37,808 bases of DNA from an uncultured Candidatus Cloacimonadota bacterium (lineage in GTDB: Bacteria > Cloacimonadota > Cloacimonadia > Cloacimonadales > TCS61): positions 1-37,808 of the forward strand of contig CAZAHZ010000001.1 in the NCBI GenBank assembly GCA_964485055.1, given 5' to 3'. Positions 9,880 to 16,955 of this stretch are shown one piece after another; within the stretch, counting starts at the first letter, position 1; every line of letters starts with the position of its first letter. The translations under genes were made by a program, and so were the position numbers. The notes beneath the pieces are model-generated. The model saw nothing but the letters and a program-made list of their open reading frames with translations. It had not been told where the DNA came from and ran no database searches.

Positions 9880-10259
9880 TCACAATCTCATTTCCATAGT
9901 TATCCAATCCTTAGTTGTCAGAGGCTCTCAACAAAAATATAGATTTTCAAGACTACCTGCAAAATCTTCCCGCAAATACTGTAAAACCAGGATTTTCTTA
10001 CCTGTTCGGAGCAGCAAATTACTCATAAATAATATTTCTCATCTCAAAATTCCTCCTTAAGTTAAGCAATTGTGACAATTTTAGTTGTCTAGTAACAGAT
10101 TATTTAGACAAATAAATATCACTATTTTAACTTGCAATAATTCCTGGATATTTCACTTTTTTGACCAAAACAGAATTTAGGCTTAACCACAATTTAATTT
10201 TTTCACATATTTTCATCATTTACGTTCGTATCCTGCCATTTATAAGAAAGTCTTAAAGT

Positions 10260-10313
10260 GGAACAACAAAGCACAATCTGACATTTTATTGTTAGATTGT
10301 GCTTTGTTGTTTC
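10260..10313 (+). repeat. long hairpin element, family 1 copy 1 (24-bp stem, 6-nt loop); possible structured RNA
   Basis: GGAACAACAAAGCACAATCTGACA / TTTTAT / TGTTAGATTGTGCTTTGTTGTTTC. I paired it by hand: 22 Watson-Crick pairs plus 2 G-T. It is extendable to 10257-10316. The strand is assigned from the G-T (G-U) asymmetry. Confidence 0.9.
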
Positions 10314-10516
10314 ATTCTAATGTCAATAAGTGGATGATAAATATTTTAGTAATGGCAAATTATAGATGAAAAGTATAGCAAAATATAGTAAAAAACAGGA
10401 ATGTACAGGCAATTCATCAATAATGGGAATATTTTCGTGAAAATATTAATATAACAGTTGTACTTGCTAAGATGTAAGATATTCTGGTATTAGTGCGGAA
10501 TATTAAAATGTATTTG

Positions 10517-10631
10517 CTACCGTATGGGCAGACCCATGTGTCTGCCCTCTTTGCATGTTTCTAAGCTATCATAAATATAGCAGGGATTCAGGTTATATAA
10601 GGGCAGACACATGGGTCTGCCCGTACGGTAG
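10517..10631. repeat. REPIN-like inverted doublet of a GC-rich palindrome (GGGCAGAC-N6-GTCTGCCC)
   Basis: The 32-nt arms CTACCGTATGGGCAGACCCATGTGTCTGCCCT (10517-10548) and AGGGCAGACACATGGGTCTGCCCGTACGGTAG (10600-10631) are reverse complements (31 WC + 1 T-G), separated by 51 nt. Each arm is itself an 8-bp-stem hairpin. Confidence 0.85.
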
Positions 10632-10747
10632 AGGAGATATTTTTAAAATTTCGGGGGGATAGCGGTTTGTGGATAGACAAAACTTGACAGATAGAGTTGT
10701 AAAATCAGAGGTAGAAGCAGAAAATAAAAAAAGCTGAGGAGAATGCG

Positions 10748-11149
10748 ATGATCCATGAATACAGGCGGAGAGTATTCGGATATGAATGCGATATTTATGG
10801 TCATTTGAACAATGCAAATTACCTGCATTTATATGAAGAAGCGAGGTCAATATTCCTGCTAGATGTGGGACTGCCGATAAATATGCTTATTGAGATGGAG
10901 ATTGCGATTTTTATCACTAAGTTAGAGATGGAATTTATTCAGGCGATCCAGTTGGAATCAGAGGTTTTGATCAAGAGCTGGGTTGTATCGGGCAGCAGAT
11001 TAAGAGGATTATGGCAGCAGGAGATGTGGGTGGATGATGAATTATGCAGCCGCATCACTATTGAGGGAGTTTATGCCAATAATGGTAAACCACGTAGATT
11101 ACCCAAAGAAGTATTTGAGATATTTAAAAAGAGTATCGAACCCGAATAA
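10748..11149 (+). CDS. acyl-CoA thioesterase, 4HBT/YbgC-type hotdog fold
   Basis: ORF track. SD GAGGAG upstream. The N-terminal YRRRVFGYECDIYGHLNNANYLHLYEEAR matches the YbgC/4HBT active-site region. The 133 aa size is typical. Confidence 0.7.
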   Translation: MIHEYRRRVFGYECDIYGHLNNANYLHLYEEARSIFLLDVGLPINMLIEMEIAIFITKLEMEFIQAIQLESEVLIKSWVVSGSRLRGLWQQEMWVDDELCSRITIEGVYANNGKPRRLPKEVFEIFKKSIEPE

Positions 11150-11159
11150 TTTTACGGTA

Positions 11160-12005
11160 TTAATCACTGCTATACATTAAGGTGTAGATATTAGGAATAT
11201 CAGCGATCATGTCCTGGTATAAGTAGTATAGATCATTTCGCTTAAACTTGAAATCAGGAAAGGTCTCAGTGCCCTTGAGATCACCATAAATATGACGATA
11301 TACATATTGAAAATATTCTGTAGCATGGATAGCTTCAAAATGATTCCAGGTAATCGGATCATTCATATACATAATCAGGTTTCCATAATATTCATCTATC
11401 TCTTCATCCGTTTTCAGGTTCTTTCTCAGGTCATTTATTTCAATTTCATAAGTGCTGTAATCTATGATCAGGCGATAAATATGATTTGGGGTAAAATATC
11501 CAGCAGTAATATATTTTATAGTAGAATTATAATTCCTGGTAGTTACGAATATTGGTTCATGATTTCGCATGTATTCGATATCTTTTTCCGGCATAGTGAT
11601 AAATCCGTATAATTCACAGCCTCTATCATCCATCCAATCGAGGTACTCCATGCTGGTAATATTCTGCAAGCTGTCAAGATTGGTTATTTTATCCTCAGAG
11701 ACGACACTGACTTTTTCCGGGATATAGAAAATTTCTTCGGCAAAATATCTTTGTTGGATTTCTTTAGATAGATAGGGCATAATATCAGTTCCCTGAGGAA
11801 GTTTATAAAACTCATCATCATTGTCAATATCAAACACCTTAAAATTTGGCAGATCAAATCCATGTATGGTCGTAAATCCTTCGATGGAGGTATTATCCTG
11901 AAAATGCAGTCTTACTCTCACTGATCCTAAGCATCCATAGGGAAAATCAGCTAAAAGAGCATTAAAAAATAAAATGACCAGGACGAATACAAATAACTTT
12001 TTCAT
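11160..12005 (-). CDS. secreted hypothetical protein
   Basis: ORF track. GGAGG SD upstream of the ATG. Signal peptide (KKLFVFVLVILFFNALLA). No catalytic motif recognised. Its stop is only 10 nt from the stop of the convergent thioesterase gene. Confidence 0.6.
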   Translation of the reverse strand: MKKLFVFVLVILFFNALLADFPYGCLGSVRVRLHFQDNTSIEGFTTIHGFDLPNFKVFDIDNDDEFYKLPQGTDIMPYLSKEIQQRYFAEEIFYIPEKVSVVSEDKITNLDSLQNITSMEYLDWMDDRGCELYGFITMPEKDIEYMRNHEPIFVTTRNYNSTIKYITAGYFTPNHIYRLIIDYSTYEIEINDLRKNLKTDEEIDEYYGNLIMYMNDPITWNHFEAIHATEYFQYVYRHIYGDLKGTETFPDFKFKRNDLYYLYQDMIADIPNIYTLMYSSD

Positions 12006-12121
12006 TACAGTTCCTCCAGAAAAATTTAATCAACTATAAAACAGTAAGATAAACTAAAATGTAATTGTCAAGTATTACCTAAACTGATATTTCCTGGAGA
12101 ATGTTCAGATGCCCCCAGCTT

Positions 12122-12270
12122 AGCCCTTGCGATTGGTCGATAGACCTTCGCAAGGGTCGATCAGAAGATATGAAGTATATAACATATAATAATGAATATA
12201 GTTAGCAATGCAAGTAAACAGGTGATAACGGTCAACCATTGCGAAGGTGTAAACACCATTGGCAAGGTTT
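12122..12270. repeat. second inverted doublet of imperfect palindromic elements (CCNTTGCGA..GGTN-loop-NACC..GCAAGG)
   Basis: Element A is 12122-12160 and element B is 12232-12270. The reverse complement of A matches B at 29/39 positions without gaps, by my hand alignment. Each element folds on itself. Confidence 0.7.
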
Positions 12271-12296
12271 TTGCTGGATTAATTATTCAGGTTATT

Positions 12297-15200
12297 TTAG
12301 AAATCTTCTATGAGCCAGATGTAGTATTTGGGTTTGCTGACGAGGGAGAGATCGGTTGACCAGGCGATGTCAAATTTCAGGACGAAATAGCCCATATTAA
12401 GGCGGGGCCCGAAGCCGAATCCCATTTTGGGGGTATCAAGAATGCCATTTTTTTGGAACTCAAATTCATTATCGTTATCCCAGACTGCCCCAAGATCAAT
12501 AAAGGAAGAGCCTCGGATACCATAAATTCTGATAGGAAGCGGGAAGGCGATAGAGAGATTATCTATCATAGGGAATCTGAGTTCGGTGCTGAGGAGGATT
12601 TTTTTTGTTCCGGTGAGTTCATCGTCTTCAAAACCACGGACACCATAGAACCCGACGAGATCAAATTCTGTAGTAGTATCACCTACAATCCAGCCGGCAA
12701 GCAGCCGGTTAGCCCAGGCATAGCGTTTGGCGAAGAAGAAATATTGGCGTAGGTCGGTGTAGGCAAGGCTATATGAATCATCGGTGGAGAAACCGTGTTT
12801 TAGATTAAGTATCCCTTTCCAGCCGGAGACTGGACCTACGTTGCCGTAGAGAGTGTTATCATGCACAAAGCTGATTTCGGGAGCAACAAGCCAGGATTCT
12901 TCTTTGGTGGGAAGATTGAAACCTTGGGGAAGATATTGATCTATCCATTCACCGGTTTTATTATCCCACCAGTCACGAAATATCTGTTGTCTGAGTAAAG
13001 CAACCTGAATTTCTGCCCGCCAGTATTTATCGAAGGGGTGAATGAAGGCACCAAAGCATCCATATTGTCTGATTCGTCTGCGGAAATATTCATCCATAGC
13101 GAAATCGCCATAATAAACCTGGTAGATAGTTTCATCATTGAGATAGAAAACACCGCCGCCAAAGTCATTTCTTCGTTCCAGGTTGAGATATTGGAGCAGC
13201 AGGCTGGAATTTTCGATATTCCCAGAGACATTAAGGCTGCCATAAAGAGAATGATTTCCAAGGATGTCGGAAGCCCAGATATCAAGCATGGCATAGGTGC
13301 CGGAAGAGCTGTAGGCAAGTCCACCCCAGAAATAATCAATTTTCATCTTAGTTTTATAAGGCACAATTTCCGGTTCATGTGGTTCTGTAGGTTTTCGGTC
13401 GATTTTACGATTATATTCCACAATAGTGGTATCAGGACCATAATCAATCTTAATATCATCATACATTTCGGCGAGTTCGGGATCAATATTACGTTTAGGT
13501 CCAGGTTTTTTGAAAGCCAGATTTGTTTTGCCGAAGAACTTGATGCGTTCAAAATCAAATATTTCCCAGAAATCGTTTTCAAACTTAATTTCTTGGGGGA
13601 ACCGATATTCCTGCCAGTTAAGACTATCCAGGGGAGCAGCAGCCAGATACAGATCCCAGGCACCTTTATGGAAGCATGATAAGAAGAGGTTATCGTCTTT
13701 GGGAGAAAGGTCAAAATTAAGAACGCCAGAGAGGACATTAGTAACAACCGCTTGAGTGGCAGCGGTAATATCAATAACTCTGATATTGGAAACCATATCT
13801 TCGTCGGAGATGTAGAGAATTTGCGAGGAATCAGAATTCCAGACAGGCTGATAGCAATCCTGTTCGCTGAAAGTAACCTGGAAGAATTGAGCAGAAGACA
13901 GTTCATAATAATAAATATTCCTGACACAGCTATCAAAAATATGTTCCTCTTCGTTGGGATTCTGAGGAATTCGTTCGGAGTGGAAAGCGATTTTGGAGCC
14001 ATCAGGCGACCAGCGGGGAGCGCCATCATAATAGCGGTCGCTCATAAGTCTTTGCAGTTGTTCAGTTTCCAGATCATAGATAAAAATATCTGAATATGCG
14101 TCCTGAATACCACTGAAAACGATTTTTTTACCATCGGGCGAGATATCAATTTCGTAGATCACCTTGATGGAGTCAAAGCTGATAGATTTAGTGATATTGT
14201 GACTTTTGATATTCAGGCAATAAATGCGGTCACCGATTGAAGTATTAGCAGCGAAGGCGATTTGTAAGCTGTCCGGGAACCAGGCGAGATTATTTTTCTT
14301 GAAATGAAATTCTTCAACTTTGCCATTAACACCACTGCGATAGAGTTCGGTTTTTTTATTTAGGTCAAGTCTATCAGCGAGCCAGATAGCGTCAGTGATC
14401 TTTTTATTGGAGAACCAGGCATATCGCATTCCATCGGGAGCAAAGCGTGGGGCAGTATTAAGTGAAGAGCCATCCTTTTCAGATTCAGTGCGTTTTTCAT
14501 AAGCTTCATAGGGAATTTTGTAATCATTATAGATAGCGAAGTATTTTCTTTTAAGGTAATTTTCCCAGCGTTGCTGCAAATCCAAAAAAGAGCAATCGAA
14601 GATTTTTTTGGAAAAAGTATCATGATTGGAGGTTTTGGCAGAATAGAAAATCTGCATCACCTTATCTCTGCCATATTCGTCTTCAATAAATTTGAGAAAG
14701 GATTCGCCTTCGCGATAGGCATAATAACCGCCAACTTCTTCCAGATTGATCAGATTATTATTGATGACGAGGTCCAAAATGAACATATTATTATAGACGC
14801 TTTTGCCATTAACTGAGATAAATTCAGGAAGCCCTTCAGAGAGCCAGAAAGGCAGGGAGCGGGAGATCATCATACTTCGCTGACCGGCTGACAACTCGTT
14901 TACATAGGCATGCGTCAATTCGTGTATAAGGGTTTTTTCCATTTCGCGATAACTGCCGGAGAACGGCATCGCCACGCGATTATGGAGGCTTTCGGTGAAC
15001 CCACCCACGCCTTCATTGAGAAGATTGGGGATAATATTAGTAGCTTCAAATTCCTGGTGAGAGCTGTAGAAGATGATTGGGATTCTGCCCTTGATAGGTG
15101 TAAGAAAATCTTCTCGAAGATAGTAATAGGCTTCTTCAGCACAGAGAGCGACAATTCTGCCGAAATCATCATCATCATTGGGATAATAGATATCAAAATG

Positions 15201-15320
15201 CAAGGTCTGCATTTTATTCCAGTGGATCTTTTCTGCCTGGATCTTGTTTTTGCCGTAGTATTGAGCAGAAAGTGACAGGGTGAGGAAGGTGACAATGATA
15301 AGAAATATTATTTTTTTCAT
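12297..15320 (-). CDS. outer-membrane fusion protein: peptidase-MA-like HExxH domain + PD40/TolB-type beta-propeller repeats + C-terminal Omp85 (surface antigen D15) beta-barrel
   Basis: ORF track. Signal peptide (FLTLSLSAQ). HExxH in LIHELTHAYVNE with downstream WLSEGLPEF. PD40-like repeats (FAPDGMRYAWFS, ISPDGKKIVFSG, WSPDGSKIAFHS, WNSDSSQILYIS). C-terminal Omp85-type motifs (FYGVRGF, LLSTELRFP, GFGFGPRLNMGYFVLKFDIAW) and a terminal aromatic F. The start is 2 nt after the mlaD stop. Confidence 0.75.
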   Translation of the reverse strand: MKKIIFLIIVTFLTLSLSAQYYGKNKIQAEKIHWNKMQTLHFDIYYPNDDDDFGRIVALCAEEAYYYLREDFLTPIKGRIPIIFYSSHQEFEATNIIPNLLNEGVGGFTESLHNRVAMPFSGSYREMEKTLIHELTHAYVNELSAGQRSMMISRSLPFWLSEGLPEFISVNGKSVYNNMFILDLVINNNLINLEEVGGYYAYREGESFLKFIEDEYGRDKVMQIFYSAKTSNHDTFSKKIFDCSFLDLQQRWENYLKRKYFAIYNDYKIPYEAYEKRTESEKDGSSLNTAPRFAPDGMRYAWFSNKKITDAIWLADRLDLNKKTELYRSGVNGKVEEFHFKKNNLAWFPDSLQIAFAANTSIGDRIYCLNIKSHNITKSISFDSIKVIYEIDISPDGKKIVFSGIQDAYSDIFIYDLETEQLQRLMSDRYYDGAPRWSPDGSKIAFHSERIPQNPNEEEHIFDSCVRNIYYYELSSAQFFQVTFSEQDCYQPVWNSDSSQILYISDEDMVSNIRVIDITAATQAVVTNVLSGVLNFDLSPKDDNLFLSCFHKGAWDLYLAAAPLDSLNWQEYRFPQEIKFENDFWEIFDFERIKFFGKTNLAFKKPGPKRNIDPELAEMYDDIKIDYGPDTTIVEYNRKIDRKPTEPHEPEIVPYKTKMKIDYFWGGLAYSSSGTYAMLDIWASDILGNHSLYGSLNVSGNIENSSLLLQYLNLERRNDFGGGVFYLNDETIYQVYYGDFAMDEYFRRRIRQYGCFGAFIHPFDKYWRAEIQVALLRQQIFRDWWDNKTGEWIDQYLPQGFNLPTKEESWLVAPEISFVHDNTLYGNVGPVSGWKGILNLKHGFSTDDSYSLAYTDLRQYFFFAKRYAWANRLLAGWIVGDTTTEFDLVGFYGVRGFEDDELTGTKKILLSTELRFPMIDNLSIAFPLPIRIYGIRGSSFIDLGAVWDNDNEFEFQKNGILDTPKMGFGFGPRLNMGYFVLKFDIAWSTDLSLVSKPKYYIWLIEDF

Positions 15321-15322
15321 AT

Positions 15323-16222
15323 TTAGAATATCTTAACGGTCAGGTATTTTTTGGGATTTTTTTTAATATCAGAGAGCAGGCTGTCCAGGCTGGCAGTTGA
15401 TTTAAGAATTTTTCTATATAATTCATCATTAGTGGTAAGTTCAGTGAAAGTGGAATTTTCAGTTCGCAATTGCCGGGTAATAAGCAGCATCTGCTGAGCG
15501 AGTTCACGGAAAGAATTACTGGTCTGAGTCAGGTTAGCCAGGAACTCATCAGAGCCAGCCAGCGTGCTGTCAATATTTTCCCGGTTTCGGGTAATCAGGT
15601 CAGCGATTTGACTGCTAGTCTTAGCCAGGTTGGCAGTGGTAATAGCCAGGTTTTCCTGATTTTTTGTAAGGAGTTGATTAAGATTTCCGAGAGTTAATTG
15701 GAGAGTATCGGCAGCTTGTGAATATTTAGCAAATATATTGTCCGAAGCATTGAATTTTGCGAGGAGTTGATGTAATTCCGACAGCAGCGTTCCTGCTTCA
15801 GTAGTGAGGTCGCTGATCCCAGGACAGCTTGTACCTTGTAAGCCAGCGGAGAGATTGAGCAAGCCAGAGCCAGTGCCGGGATTGATAATTACGCGAGTGC
15901 TGCCCATCAGCGAAGTATTTCTGATGCTGAATTCGGTACCTGTTCTCAGAGGTTCCTGCAGTTTGACAGCCATGGAAACAAGGACTTTGTCACCAGCCAG
16001 ATCAAGAGAAGTCACCTTACCGCAACTAACTCCCAGAATAAGAACACCATCGCCGAGTTCAAGCCCGAAAGCATCAGGGAAAGCAACGGTCAATTTTGTG
16101 AGGCTGCCTTTTTCGAGGTAGTTGGTGAACCAGAGGTAGCCCAGAATGAGTATCACGAAGCCGATGACCACAAAAATCCCGACACGGAGATTAGTGCGGT
16201 TTTGTTTTTCATTAAATTTCAT
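15323..16222 (-). CDS. mlaD: MCE/MlaD-family protein with long C-terminal helical extension
   Basis: ORF track. N-terminal TM anchor (LRVGIFVVIGFVILILGYLWF), then an MCE domain (LTVAFPDAFGLELGDGVLILGVSCGKVTSLDL..), then ~170 aa of helical-looking, Leu/Thr/Asn/Gln-rich sequence. Confidence 0.8.
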   Translation of the reverse strand: MKFNEKQNRTNLRVGIFVVIGFVILILGYLWFTNYLEKGSLTKLTVAFPDAFGLELGDGVLILGVSCGKVTSLDLAGDKVLVSMAVKLQEPLRTGTEFSIRNTSLMGSTRVIINPGTGSGLLNLSAGLQGTSCPGISDLTTEAGTLLSELHQLLAKFNASDNIFAKYSQAADTLQLTLGNLNQLLTKNQENLAITTANLAKTSSQIADLITRNRENIDSTLAGSDEFLANLTQTSNSFRELAQQMLLITRQLRTENSTFTELTTNDELYRKILKSTASLDSLLSDIKKNPKKYLTVKIF

Positions 16223-16226
16223 AGCA

Positions 16227-16955
16227 TTACCTTTCTGTGGAATACAGAAACTTTTTTATTCTTTTATCGTTGGCATTTTTAAATTCGGTATAGCAGCCGT
16301 CAAAGATAATATCATTATCAGCCAGCATCACAAGTCTGCCGGAGATTTTATCTATGCAATACAGATCGTGAGTGACAATGATGGTGGCAGATTTCTGAGC
16401 GGTGTGGAGTTTACTGATAATCTTGATGATCTCAGCCGAGATAACGGGATCAAGTCCAGTGGTAGGTTCGTCATAAATGATGTAGCGGGGATTGGTGATG
16501 ATTGCCCGGGCGAAAGCAACGCGTTTCTTCATACCTCCGCTTAATTCCGAAGGCATTTTGGTGAGGATATCACCAAGTCCGACCAGATCGAGTTTTTCTC
16601 GCACGAGTTTTTCTATTTCCTGATGGGAGAGACTGGAGTGTTCAAAGAGTGGCAGAGCCACATTCTGATAAACATTCAAAGAGTCGAGCAGAGCACTACC
16701 TTGAAAAAGCATGGCAATCTTCTGGCGTATTTGAATGGCTTCTTTTCGGTTGCAGGAAAGCAGGCTATCACCATCTATCAGCACAGAACCATGGTCAGGC
16801 ATCAAAAGTCCGGCAATGATCTTCATCAGCACACTTTTGCCACAGCCACTTTTCCCAACCACCAGGATGGTTTTATTTTCTTCAATATCAAGGCAGATAT
16901 TTTGCAGAACAACTTGTTCGGCAAATGAGATGCCGACATCTTTGATCTCGATCAC
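16227..16955 (-). CDS. mlaF: ABC transporter ATP-binding protein, MlaF-like
   Basis: ORF track. Walker A GKSGCGKS, ABC signature LSGGMKKRVAFARA, Walker B IIYDEPTTGLD, H-loop VTHD. The start overlaps the mtaB stop by 4 nt (16952-16955). Confidence 0.85.
   Translation of the reverse strand: MIEIKDVGISFAEQVVLQNICLDIEENKTILVVGKSGCGKSVLMKIIAGLLMPDHGSVLIDGDSLLSCNRKEAIQIRQKIAMLFQGSALLDSLNVYQNVALPLFEHSSLSHQEIEKLVREKLDLVGLGDILTKMPSELSGGMKKRVAFARAIITNPRYIIYDEPTTGLDPVISAEIIKIISKLHTAQKSATIIVTHDLYCIDKISGRLVMLADNDIIFDGCYTEFKNANDKRIKKFLYSTER

Noticed and set aside
9869-10060. Small ORFs inside the non-coding islands: 9869-10060 (+), 10593-10850 (-), 10643-10828 (-) and 25378-25590 (+).
   Set aside because: They have no SD, odd composition and AT-rich codon runs. 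The 10593-10850 ORF is just a read-through of the GC-rich palindrome (..PYGQTHVSAL) and overlaps the thioesterase start.
10276-10297. Integron attC-like site. TGTTAGAT contains GTTAGAT, which fits the GTTRRRY core, and ATCTGAC resembles the inverse core RYYYAAC.
   Set aside because: The core-like motifs sit at the apex of the hairpin instead of at its base. There are no extrahelical bases or L/R box organisation, no intI gene or cassette array, and the stem continues 12-18 bp beyond the motifs.
10260-10313. CRISPR repeat or other array.
   Set aside because: Only two copies exist, 15.6 kb apart. Each is a self-complementary inverted repeat rather than direct repeats with spacers, and there are no cas genes.
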